A DNA stretch of 64,000 nucleotides from NCBI GenBank assembly GCA_002371715.1, contig DFGF01000068.1:2032-66031 (forward strand), in the 5' to 3' direction. This stretch comes from Prevotella sp. UBA3757. Its GTDB lineage: Bacteria > Bacteroidota > Bacteroidia > Bacteroidales > Bacteroidaceae. A program made the position numbers and the translations under genes. The notes below the pieces were generated by a model. The model ran no database searches. It was not told where the DNA came from and saw only the letters and a list, made by a program, of their open reading frames with translations. Positions 37,068 through 46,545 of the stretch are shown in pieces (the stretch's first letter is position 1; each line of letters opens with the position of its first letter).

Positions 37068-40000
37068 ATGAAATACATCCGATTCCAACTGTTGGCCATC
37101 ATGGCCTGTCTGGCAACGCTGCTTCAGGCACAGACGAACGTGCTGCGTGTCGATTCAGTGAAATATCCCGCCGGCAAGACCGTCAGCCTGCCCGTCGTCA
37201 TGGAGAACCAGAGCGACATCACCGGTGTGCAGTTCGATATCTCCATACCCTTCGAACTCACGGCCCGCGAGGACGGCACGCTGCCCGTCACGCTCTCGGC
37301 CCAGCGTGCGCCCTACCACAAGGTGGTGGCCACCCGTCATGGTGGCCGGTGGCAGACGGCATCACTGCATGGCGGTGTCAACTATTATGCCGACTATCGC
37401 GTTATCGTCTACAGCGACAAGAACGACCTGCTGCTCGACAACGGCGGCACGCTGCTGACCATCGACATGCCGCTGCCCGCCGATGCCGTCAACGGCACGA
37501 CGTACCCCATCTACCTGGTCGATGGCAGCGTGACGCTCACCGACCGCCAGCAGCAGAACGTGCTGAGCAGTCAGCAGAGTGCCGCCGTCACCATCGAGGA
37601 AATTCCACGTCCCGACCTGCTGCCCACGGATGTCAGCTTCGACCCCGCAGCGGTCAATCCCGAGGGCGAACTGACCGTCCGCTGGACGGTGAAGAACATC
37701 GGGCAGGTGGCTACTGAGGCCGGATGGAGCGAGCAGGTGGCCCTGGTGGCCCTGTCGGGTCATGCCGAGAAGTCCGTTGCCACCGTCTATTACGACCAGA
37801 CGCTGGCCGCCGGTGCTGCCGTCAGCCGCGAGGCCAAGGTCACGCTGCCCGCCCTGCTGGGCATTGACGGACTGGCCAAGGTGCAGGTCACCGTCGTTCC
37901 TAACGACAAGACTGGCGAGCACCCGTCGCTGCGCGACAACAACGTGGCCTCCAGCGCGACCAACCTGACCGTCGGCAAGCAGCTGACGCTCGAACTGTCA
38001 CCCCTGCGCACCGTCGAGGGCAGCAGTCAGCGCATCATGGGCAAGCTGAGCCGCTCGGGCCGCTGGCAGGACGTCCGTACGTTCAGCCTGACAGCCAATG
38101 ATTCGCGTCTGCAACTGCCTGCCAGCGTCACCATTCCTGCCAATCAGTCGGGCGTGGTGTTCTACGCCACTGTTATTGGCAACGAGGTGCTCGATGCCGA
38201 CAGCGTGGCCACCATCACCGCCACGGGCGACGGCTACGACCCCGTGACGGCACGGCTCACCATCGAGGACGACGAGTTGCCGGCCTTGACGCTGACGGCT
38301 TCGAAGACCGACATCGTGGAGGGCGAGACCTTCCAGCTTACCGTGGCCATTGCCCGTGCCTCGGCCACCGATGTCACCGTCCGGCTGACCAGTGAGGACT
38401 CGAAGCGCTTCCAGTATGCGCAGCAGGTGGTGATACCTGCGGGCCAGACCTCAGTGACGCTGGATGTCACGGCCGTGCAGAACGACGTGCCCAACCTCAT
38501 GCTGGCCAACAAGTTCACGGTCTCTGCCGCGCGTTACGAGCGGGGCGAGGTTATCGTCGTGCTGAAGGACGACGACATGCCCGTGCTGACGCTGACGCTG
38601 ACACCCAACGTGGTCAGCGAGCAGGCCGGACCCACCGCCGTTGCCGCCGTGCTGACGCGCACCGGTCGGACTGACAACAAGATTACCGTCCGACTCTCCG
38701 ACGACTCGAACGGTGGATTATACTACACCCACAAGTCCATTGAGATGGCCAAGGGCGTGGAAACCGTCTACTTCAACCTCGGCCCCGTCGACAATACCGT
38801 TAAGGAGGGCGACCGCACCTACACGCTGACAGCCGGTGTCTGGGTGTCGTCGTGTAACTGTGCCTCGGCCGGTGAACAGGCCGGCAACGTCGCGGCCACG
38901 CTCACCGTGCTCGACAACGATGGCGCGTCGCTCTCAGTGGCCTCCCAGCAGAGCACCGTCAAGGAGGGTGGCACCACCGTGCTCACCGTCACGCGCAACA
39001 CCGTGTCGGACATCAGCCAGCCGCTGGCCGTGACCATCTCCAGCGATTACGACAGCCAGCTCACCTATGACCACCAGGTCACCATCCCTGCCGGTCTGAC
39101 CACTGTCGATGTTACCGTCCAGAGCAAGGCGAATGACGTCAGCGGCGACTCCCATACCGTCGTCTTCACCGTCTCGGCCGAAGGTTTCGGCTCCGGCACG
39201 TGCTTCCTGCTCGTCACCGACCAGACGCTGCCCGATGCCCGCATCAGCAGTCTGACGTCAAACGTCCAAAAGGCCATTGTGGGCAGTCCCATCACCCTCA
39301 ATGTCGAAGTGGTCAACGACGGTGTCTATCCGTTGCCCATGCAGACGCCCGTCACGCTCTACATCAAGGGTACGTCGGCAGCCATTGCCACACTCTACAC
39401 CTCCGCAGACATTCCAGCCGGAGGCAGCGGGACACTCACACGTGCGGTGACGCTGCCCGACAATGTCGGCGACCGTGTCTTCTATGCCATTGTTAACGAG
39501 ACGCGCAGCGTTGCCGAGTTGCTCTACACCAACAATACTTCTGAGGAACTGACCGTTACCGCCATTTCTCCCTTCACGGCGGCTGTCCAGACCGACAAGG
39601 CCGTCTATCGTCAGGGCGACCTGGTGATCATCAGCGGACAGATCAGCGGCGACCGCACGGCCAACGCCCAGATTGACGTCTACATGGTCAATGCCGGCGC
39701 ACGCGACGTCAAGCCGGTGACGACCGATGCCAACGGCCGTTTCACCCTTGAATGGCAACTCTTCCCCCTGCAGTCGGGCCACTTCACGGTTGGAGCCTGC
39801 TTCAAGGGCGACCCCACTACTGAGAAACTGGCCGCTTTCGATGTCTATGGCTTGAAGCGTACTGATAGCGGATACATCACCTGCGACGTGACCATCGGCG
39901 AACCTAAGACTGGTGTCATCCGTCTGGAGAATGCCGGTACGCTGGCCCTGAGCGGTGTCAAGGCTGAGGTGCTCGACGCTCCCGACGGCTGTCAGCCTCA

Positions 40001-43000
40001 GTTCACGATTGCCCCGTCCATTGGCGGCAACGAAAAGGTAGACATGGCCTACCAGATAGCGGCCACCGAGGCAACGCCGGGTAAGGACTGGGTGCCCTTC
40101 AAGGTGCGTGTCACCTCGGCCGAGGGTGCCAGCCTCGAGATTCCTGTCTACTACTATGCCCGCACGGCTACTGCCAACCTGGTGGTTGAGAAGCAGAACC
40201 TCGTCACCACGATGAACAAGGACAACGGGCGCGACTACAGCTTCACTGTCAGCAACAACGGTAAGGGCAACACTGGCAAGATTACCCTTGCATTGCCCGA
40301 ATGGATGAAGGCCCTGACGGGTGCCGCCATGCCCGGCCTGAACCAGAACGACACCGCTACCGTCGTGCTGCGACTGATGCCTACCGCCGACATGCAGCTC
40401 AACGTGCCCGTCACCGGACGTATCGGCATCAACTGCGAGAACGGCAACGGCACCTACATCAACTTCAACGTCACGCCCGTCTCCGACCAGACCGGTACGC
40501 TGGTCATCGATGTCACCGACGAGTTTACCTATTATACTGAGGAGCAGCCGCACGTCAGCGGAGCTGAGATCGTGTTGAAGAATCCCGTCACCGGCGCACT
40601 CATAGCACAGGGTAAGACCGGCGACGACGGCCTCTACTCCTTCACCTTGCCCGAGGGCTACTATCAGGTCAACGTCACAGCCGACAAGCACGAGTCCTAT
40701 CGCAACAATATCCTGGTCGACCCGGGCACCACCACTACCAAGGTCGTCGTCCTCAGCTATCAGACCATCACCGTCAGTTGGGATGTCGAGGAGACCGAGG
40801 TCGAGGACGAGTACAACATCACGACCACCGTGGAGTATGAGACCAACGTGCCTGCCCCCGTGGTGGAAGTCATCGAGCCCGACGAACTCGAACTGGCTCA
40901 GATGGGTGCTGGCGAGAGCCAGATTTACCATGCCATCCTGACCAACAAGGGTCTGATTACGGCTAATAGTACCGCTTACAAGGTTCCTGAGCGCTTCAGG
41001 GGCTACAAGTGGGAACCGCTTGTCCAGGCTTCCGATTTGAATCTGTCGCCCCAGCAGAGCTATGTCATCCCGGTGAAGATCACGCGCATGTCCTACCGCA
41101 AGGATACCCACGACGTGAGCGGTATCACGCAGTCTGACATTGAGTTTACCTGGGACTACGGCACCAATGTCGACGCCCCGGTGGTCGATGTGGCCGAGCC
41201 GGAGGGCATGGATCTTGGCGGTCTCACCATCGGCGACAGCCACACCTACGAGGTGAAGATTACCAATAAGGGCAATGTGCCCGTCTACGATGTCGTCTAT
41301 AGCATACCGTCGCGTACCGACGACCTCCAGTGGGAGATTACCCAGAAGTTCGACGACCAGTCGCTGGCCCCCGACGAGAGCATCTACATTCCCGTCAAGG
41401 TCCGTCGCATCGATCCTTCCGATCCCGGTTCCGGTGACCCCGGCTCCGGCTCAGGTTCCGGCCCAGGTTCCGGCTCCGGCACTTCCAAGAGTTCCGACAG
41501 CCAGGCTCCCTGTAGGGTCACTTCGCTGACCGACTGGCGATTTGAGTGCGGTCCCGACGGTAAATACGGCTGGTTCCCCCATACCATCAAGGTTGACCTG
41601 CCCTGTCCGAAGGACAATGGCGGCGGCTGGTACACCGTCTATGGCAATGGCCTCGGCTCACCAGGCGGTGGCGGTGGCGGCGGCTACGGCGCGTCGTCAT
41701 ACAGTGGCGGTGTCTCGGTCGACAAGGACTGCGACCCTTGCACCAATACCTATCTGCAGAAGTGGGCCGAGTGCGGCATTTCCTTCATTCCCAAGGCGGG
41801 ATGCATCTATGGCGCGTATGCCTGCAATAGAGACAAGGGTACTCACAACAACTGGCGCTACTATACCACATGTGGCCTGACGGCTGTCGGCTGTATGACT
41901 GAGTTCTGTGCTGAGGGTGCCGTGCTTGCACTGCCCGCAACGCTCGGTGGTAGCATCGTGCCTGCCGTGGCCTGCAGTGCTGTGGGTGCCGGCATCAACG
42001 TCATCAACTGTCTGATCAGTCTCACCGAACCGTGTGACGATAAGCATGCCTGGTGGCAGTCCTTCGTACCCTTCTCGTGGAAAGGCCCGGCCTTCACGCC
42101 GCGTCGTGCTGCTCCTGCTGCCGAGCCCAGCTGGCTGACCAGCTATCGTCTGGCTGCTGAGATTCCTGCTCAGGAGATATGGGCTTTCAATGCCTATGAA
42201 CTGGAGATTTTCGGCGACACCGCTTGGGTTGAGAAGACCACCGACGAGGAAATCTTCGCCGTGCTGAAGGCTGCTACCGCTCATGAGGGCACCGTCACGG
42301 TCGACCAGCTCCTGCCCGTCAAGCCGCAGGGCATCAGCGAGGCCCAGCTGGCCAAGTTCGTGGAGCGTCTGAACAACTCTACCGCCTTCGAACAGAGTGG
42401 TGGCGAGTCGGACAACCGCATCCATTATGAGAACTTCGAGAAGTATCTTGATCTGATTGAGAAGGCCGAGGAAGCTTCCCGCGCCATGGGCTATAAGGAC
42501 ACCGACGAGATGTGGATTGCCGAGTCTGTCAAGTTCAAGGAGAATGCCGACAACAAGGGCAACTCCGTCTGCTCCACCATTACGCTGCAGATCAATCAGA
42601 CGATGACCATGACCCGCCAGGCCTTCCGTGGCACGCTGACCGTCTACAACGGCAACAAGAACCAGGCCATGAAGGATATCAAGCTGACGCTCAACGTCAC
42701 CAACACCCGGACGCTTGAGACCGCCACGGCCCGCGAGTTCGAGATGCACACCGAGTCGCTCGTAGGTTTCCGTGGCGAACTGCCGATGGATGCCGGTTGG
42801 CAATTGGGTACCGACAGCACCGGTACGGCTACCATCCTCTTCATCCCGTCGAAGTATGCTGCTCCCGACGAGCCTGTCGACTATTCGTTTGGCGGCACAC
42901 TGAGCTATATCGACCCGTACACCGACCTGCTGGTGACCCGCGAACTCTATCCCGTCACGCTCACCGTCAAGCCGTCGCCCGAACTGGACCTGACGTACTT

Positions 43001-45563
43001 CATGCAGCGCGACATCCTGGGCGACGACGCACTGACCGACGAGGTGGAACCCATGGAGCCTGCTGAGTTTGCCGTCATCATCAACAACAAGGGCAACGGC
43101 GATGCCACCAACGTGCGCATGGTCACCAACCAGCCCGAAATCGTCGACAACCAGAAGGGACTGCTCATCGACTTCGAGTTCCTGTCGTCGCAACTCAACG
43201 GACAGGACAAGGTGATGGCCCTCGGACAGGCTATACCCACCGACTTCGGCACCATCCCCGCTCACACGCAGGCCTACGCCCAGTGGTGGCTGCAGTCTAC
43301 GCTGTTGGGTCACTTCGTCAAGTACAATGTTGAGGCCACCCACGTCACCAGCTATGGCAACGAGAACCTCTCGCTGCTCGACCAGGTGACCATCCACGAA
43401 CTCATCCGCGGCTTCACGCCATCTGTCAACTCTCAACTGTCACCTGTCACCTCTCAACTGTCACCTGTCACCTCTCTCCGCGCCTTCCTGGTCAACGACG
43501 TGACTGATGCCGCCGACATGCCCGACGCCATCTACTTCACCGATGCCACGCAGGACGCCGTCTACGAACTGGCCAGTGCCGCCATCGACAAGCGGAGCGA
43601 TACCGAGTACCACCTGACCCTCGTGCCCACGCAGGCCGGTTGGGCCTACGGCTCGCTGATGGACCCGACAGTGGGGCGTCAGCAGCTGGTCAGCATCCGC
43701 CGCCAGAGCGACGGTGCCGAGCTGAACGTCGACAACATGTGGCAGACCAGTCGCACGCTGCGCGACGGTCGCGAGCCCCTCAGCGAGTGCCGCCTGCACT
43801 TCGTGGCTAACATGCCGCTCACGGGCGAGACTTACATCCTGACCTTCGCGCCCAAGCCCGACGTCGAGCTGGCTGTCCAGGAGTACGTCGGTGTGCCGCG
43901 TGAGGGCACCGTGGCCGCTGAGCCTGTCCGTCAGCTCACCGTGCGCTTCAACAAGGCCATCGATGCCGCTACCTTCACCACCGACGACGTCACCCTGCAG
44001 TGCCAGGGCCGACGGCTCGACACCTCGGCCATGACCATCACCCGACAGTCGGACACCGACTACCTGCTGGGTCTCGACGCCCTGACCACCGCTGACGGCT
44101 ACTACGTGCTGACCGTCCAGACGGCCGCCATCACCGACCATGAGGGCTTCCAGGGTGCCGTGGGTCGTCAGGCCACGTGGGTTCAGTTCCAGGGCGGCAA
44201 GGTCAGCCTGGCCGTCAAGGCAATGCCCGCCGAGGGCGGCACTGTGCAGCCTGCCTCCGGGCAGTTTGATTTCGGCCAGTCCGTCCGCCTCGTGGCCACG
44301 CCTGCCGAGGGCTACGACTTCAAGTGCTGGATGGAGGGCGACAAGGTGCTGAACGACTCTGCCTCCTTCGCCTATACCGCTCAGGGCAGCACTGAGCTGA
44401 CAGCCGTCTTCACGCCCCACTACTATGATGTCACCGTCACCTGCAACGAGCAGGGCGGCACCATCGAGGGTGGCGGCACCGGCCGCTATGCCTACGGTTC
44501 TGAACTCTCCCTGACTGCCGTGCCCGCCCCGGGTTGGCAGTTCGACGGCTGGCTGCTTGACGGCAAGCCTGTCACCGCGTCCGACGCGTCCACCGCGTCC
44601 GCCGCCCGTCATTCGTCGTTCAACGTTCAACGTTCAACGTTCAACGTCCAACGTTCAACGTTCAATGTCACCGTTACCTCCTCTGTCACCATCCAGGCCG
44701 TGTTCACCGAGCAGCCCATGGGCCTGCTCAGTGGTCGTGTCACCCGCGATGAGGATGACGTGCCTGTGGGTGGCGCCCGCATCACCCTGCGCAGCGGCGA
44801 CGTCACATACGCTGCCACCACCGACGCCTACGGCTACTACCAGCTGAAGGTCGACGACAAGAGCCTGACCTACGACCTGCTCTGCCAGGCCGACGGCTAT
44901 ATATGGAGTCCCACCGAACAGGTCTGGTTCGACGAGGCCGCACAGACCCGTAACTTCTCGTTGCTGCGTGGTGCCACCATCGTGATGCCTCAGCAGGGTG
45001 CAGGCAGCTTCTCGTCACCCGTGGCTGTCCAGGTCGCTACCGAGACTGCCAAGGTCTGGTATCTGGCTAAGTACGACAAGCAGAGCTTCATCGTCGAGCA
45101 GCTCACCGAGGGCTACATACCTGCTGGCGAGGGTGTCATCCTCTCCGGTGTGGCCGGTCAGCGCATCGACATGGCTGAGGCCACGTCGGTTGCCTCCAAC
45201 CGTGCGCCGGCCATTGCGGGCAACATGCTCATCGGCACGCCCACGGCACCCTACGTCGTTGACGACGAGGGCATCTATCAGGTTCGCGAAGGCTCCGATG
45301 GCGCTGTCCGCTTCACCCTCTCTGCCCGGGGCGAGGTCGTGCCCAAGGGCAAGGCCTACTGCCAGTACGTGCTCAGTGGCCAACCCGCCGAGGTGCCCGT
45401 CATCTGGAGCGAGGAGACGCTGGTCAAGGCCGTCCTCGACGCTGCCGGCCATCCCGATGCCCCGCACTACGACCTCCAGGGCCGCCGCATCTACAAGCAG
45501 GATGCCGATGCCACCGGCAAGCGCATCCACATCGTCAATGGCCGTAAGGTCGTGGTTAAGTGA
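37068..45563 (+). CDS. 2831-aa secreted multidomain surface protein: cohesin-like, CARDB/Ig-like and Calx-beta-like domains, Cys-rich core, InlB-B-like repeats, T9SS-like tail
   Basis: Signal peptide; VSLPVVMENQSDITGVQFDI (cohesin-like); PDL...V.WTVKNIG (CARDB-like); LTIEDDE/VLKDDD; L.A.PAEGYDF..W repeats; tail YDLQGRR...IVNGRKVVVK. Confidence 0.78.
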   Translation: MKYIRFQLLAIMACLATLLQAQTNVLRVDSVKYPAGKTVSLPVVMENQSDITGVQFDISIPFELTAREDGTLPVTLSAQRAPYHKVVATRHGGRWQTASLHGGVNYYADYRVIVYSDKNDLLLDNGGTLLTIDMPLPADAVNGTTYPIYLVDGSVTLTDRQQQNVLSSQQSAAVTIEEIPRPDLLPTDVSFDPAAVNPEGELTVRWTVKNIGQVATEAGWSEQVALVALSGHAEKSVATVYYDQTLAAGAAVSREAKVTLPALLGIDGLAKVQVTVVPNDKTGEHPSLRDNNVASSATNLTVGKQLTLELSPLRTVEGSSQRIMGKLSRSGRWQDVRTFSLTANDSRLQLPASVTIPANQSGVVFYATVIGNEVLDADSVATITATGDGYDPVTARLTIEDDELPALTLTASKTDIVEGETFQLTVAIARASATDVTVRLTSEDSKRFQYAQQVVIPAGQTSVTLDVTAVQNDVPNLMLANKFTVSAARYERGEVIVVLKDDDMPVLTLTLTPNVVSEQAGPTAVAAVLTRTGRTDNKITVRLSDDSNGGLYYTHKSIEMAKGVETVYFNLGPVDNTVKEGDRTYTLTAGVWVSSCNCASAGEQAGNVAATLTVLDNDGASLSVASQQSTVKEGGTTVLTVTRNTVSDISQPLAVTISSDYDSQLTYDHQVTIPAGLTTVDVTVQSKANDVSGDSHTVVFTVSAEGFGSGTCFLLVTDQTLPDARISSLTSNVQKAIVGSPITLNVEVVNDGVYPLPMQTPVTLYIKGTSAAIATLYTSADIPAGGSGTLTRAVTLPDNVGDRVFYAIVNETRSVAELLYTNNTSEELTVTAISPFTAAVQTDKAVYRQGDLVIISGQISGDRTANAQIDVYMVNAGARDVKPVTTDANGRFTLEWQLFPLQSGHFTVGACFKGDPTTEKLAAFDVYGLKRTDSGYITCDVTIGEPKTGVIRLENAGTLALSGVKAEVLDAPDGCQPQFTIAPSIGGNEKVDMAYQIAATEATPGKDWVPFKVRVTSAEGASLEIPVYYYARTATANLVVEKQNLVTTMNKDNGRDYSFTVSNNGKGNTGKITLALPEWMKALTGAAMPGLNQNDTATVVLRLMPTADMQLNVPVTGRIGINCENGNGTYINFNVTPVSDQTGTLVIDVTDEFTYYTEEQPHVSGAEIVLKNPVTGALIAQGKTGDDGLYSFTLPEGYYQVNVTADKHESYRNNILVDPGTTTTKVVVLSYQTITVSWDVEETEVEDEYNITTTVEYETNVPAPVVEVIEPDELELAQMGAGESQIYHAILTNKGLITANSTAYKVPERFRGYKWEPLVQASDLNLSPQQSYVIPVKITRMSYRKDTHDVSGITQSDIEFTWDYGTNVDAPVVDVAEPEGMDLGGLTIGDSHTYEVKITNKGNVPVYDVVYSIPSRTDDLQWEITQKFDDQSLAPDESIYIPVKVRRIDPSDPGSGDPGSGSGSGPGSGSGTSKSSDSQAPCRVTSLTDWRFECGPDGKYGWFPHTIKVDLPCPKDNGGGWYTVYGNGLGSPGGGGGGGYGASSYSGGVSVDKDCDPCTNTYLQKWAECGISFIPKAGCIYGAYACNRDKGTHNNWRYYTTCGLTAVGCMTEFCAEGAVLALPATLGGSIVPAVACSAVGAGINVINCLISLTEPCDDKHAWWQSFVPFSWKGPAFTPRRAAPAAEPSWLTSYRLAAEIPAQEIWAFNAYELEIFGDTAWVEKTTDEEIFAVLKAATAHEGTVTVDQLLPVKPQGISEAQLAKFVERLNNSTAFEQSGGESDNRIHYENFEKYLDLIEKAEEASRAMGYKDTDEMWIAESVKFKENADNKGNSVCSTITLQINQTMTMTRQAFRGTLTVYNGNKNQAMKDIKLTLNVTNTRTLETATAREFEMHTESLVGFRGELPMDAGWQLGTDSTGTATILFIPSKYAAPDEPVDYSFGGTLSYIDPYTDLLVTRELYPVTLTVKPSPELDLTYFMQRDILGDDALTDEVEPMEPAEFAVIINNKGNGDATNVRMVTNQPEIVDNQKGLLIDFEFLSSQLNGQDKVMALGQAIPTDFGTIPAHTQAYAQWWLQSTLLGHFVKYNVEATHVTSYGNENLSLLDQVTIHELIRGFTPSVNSQLSPVTSQLSPVTSLRAFLVNDVTDAADMPDAIYFTDATQDAVYELASAAIDKRSDTEYHLTLVPTQAGWAYGSLMDPTVGRQQLVSIRRQSDGAELNVDNMWQTSRTLRDGREPLSECRLHFVANMPLTGETYILTFAPKPDVELAVQEYVGVPREGTVAAEPVRQLTVRFNKAIDAATFTTDDVTLQCQGRRLDTSAMTITRQSDTDYLLGLDALTTADGYYVLTVQTAAITDHEGFQGAVGRQATWVQFQGGKVSLAVKAMPAEGGTVQPASGQFDFGQSVRLVATPAEGYDFKCWMEGDKVLNDSASFAYTAQGSTELTAVFTPHYYDVTVTCNEQGGTIEGGGTGRYAYGSELSLTAVPAPGWQFDGWLLDGKPVTASDASTASAARHSSFNVQRSTFNVQRSTFNVTVTSSVTIQAVFTEQPMGLLSGRVTRDEDDVPVGGARITLRSGDVTYAATTDAYGYYQLKVDDKSLTYDLLCQADGYIWSPTEQVWFDEAAQTRNFSLLRGATIVMPQQGAGSFSSPVAVQVATETAKVWYLAKYDKQSFIVEQLTEGYIPAGEGVILSGVAGQRIDMAEATSVASNRAPAIAGNMLIGTPTAPYVVDDEGIYQVREGSDGAVRFTLSARGEVVPKGKAYCQYVLSGQPAEVPVIWSEETLVKAVLDAAGHPDAPHYDLQGRRIYKQDADATGKRIHIVNGRKVVVK
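43426..43474 (+). repeat. In-frame heptad array (TCAMCTS x7)
   Basis: tcaactc tcaactg tcacctg tcacctc tcaactg tcacctg tcacctc, encoding NSQLSPVTSQLSPVTS. Confidence 0.9.
44574..44668 (+). repeat. In-frame 9-mer array followed by a heptad (ACGTTCA)n array
   Basis: accgcgtcc-like x3, then about seven acgttca units encoding SFNVQRSTFNVQRSTFNV. Confidence 0.9.
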
Positions 45564-45588
45564 GCGAAGAACTCGTAGGCACTGAGCC

Positions 45589-45640
45589 AGAATGTCGGGC
45601 TGGAATGTCATTGAGGCAGTGGCGTTTCAGCCCGATTTCT
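45589..45640 (+). terminator. Long hairpin after the 2831-aa gene, possible terminator
   Basis: tcgggctggaatgtcattg pairs with cagtggcgtttcagcccga (several G-U pairs); weak U-tract. Confidence 0.45.
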
Positions 45641-45807
45641 GATTATTTCCCGATTCCGTCGTGGCAAATTTGTCATTTTTTCGCGCCGTCAGTTATGAAA
45701 TCTCGAAAATTATATGTAACTTTGCGGGCGGATGGTGTAAACGTATGGCGTAAGGACAGGTACGTGCCATAAATTAGAAACGACAAATAACAGGAAAGGA
45801 CAAGGAC

Positions 45808-46054
45808 ATGATGAAAACCAGATATGACGGCTATCATTTCTCTGAAAAGTCGGAGGACATCTATAATCCATATAGTGTCCTAAGTGCCTTTGCTAATCAG
45901 AAAATCTCCAATTGACGCCCTCATGCAGATCAACAACAAAGGCTATGCCATCCCCTATGTGACTGAAGGCCGCAAAGTCGTGAAGGTCGGTGTCCAGTTC
46001 AATATTGAGACGCGGACCATCAGCGATTGGGAAATAGAGTCGGACAACGCGTAG
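45808..46054 (+). pseudogene. Remnant of an AAA-ATPase / PD-(D/E)XK nuclease (DUF1703/PDDEXK_9-type) gene
   Basis: 45808-45915 reads [28 protein letters not shown]. In a different frame, 45914-46054 reads DALMQINNKGYAIPY..EGRKVVKVGVQFNIETRTISDWEI. Upstream TAACTTTG at 45717-45724. Confidence 0.8.
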
Positions 46055-46105
46055 ATAACCCCAAAAAGGCCGAAGGCCTGTCCAAGGACCTTAACATTGT
46101 CAATG

Positions 46106-46230
46106 GCCGCAAGATCGTTAACGACGAGCCGCAAGGTCGTTGCCGACGAGCCGTAATCTCGTTAACGACGAGCCGTAATCTCGTTAACGACGAGCCGTAA
46201 TCTCGTTAACGACGAGCCATAATCCCGTTG
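46106..46230 (+). repeat. 22-bp tandem repeat, about 5.5 copies, with a TCGTTAACGA palindrome in four units
   Basis: gccgtaatctcgttaacgacga x3 exact, with flanking variants; no spacers. Confidence 0.92.
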
Positions 46231-46319
46231 ATTCATGGCATTGTCCTGTTTCCTGGGAAGAACAACGGTGCCCATTTGTTTTTTTTACGACTTTTCTTGG
46301 ACGTTCCAAAAAAAGTTCG

Positions 46320-46327
46320 TATATTTG
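46320..46327 (+). promoter_or_regulatory. -7 promoter element upstream of the structured leader and pilin operon
   Basis: TATATTTG followed by CAG, about 260 bp upstream of the ATG at 46585. Confidence 0.7.
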
Positions 46328-46329
46328 CA

Positions 46330-46545
46330 GCCAGAGTGGGAAGGACCCGCTCTGGCAGAAGAAGCGTTATGCACCAAACTTGCGGATGGAAACCCAGGAA
46401 ATTTTCTGAGCAAGAGCTGATAATAGCAGGAGGGCACGACGGCTGGCGCATTCATGCGTGGGGCTATATCTCCAATTTCTATTATCAGGTTATCCTAGGA
46501 CCTCCATCCGGAACTGGCACAAACAGTCCCCGCTTCTGTTATGCG
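46330..46545 (+). ncRNA. Candidate structured leader RNA / cis-regulatory element, family not recognised
   Basis: 5' hairpin 46330-46356, then nested complementary blocks 46360-66/46531-37, 46383-90/46503-10, 46393-99/46493-99 and 46417-26/46479-88. Confidence 0.55.

Noticed and set aside
29395-44630. Long minus-strand ORFs (945, 613, 554, 661, 579 and 389 aa)
   Set aside because: They are antisense shadows of GC-rich plus-strand genes with clear motifs, and show no recognisable domains.
46106-46230. 22-bp repeats as a CRISPR array
   Set aside because: The units are head-to-tail with no spacers, and no cas genes are in the window.
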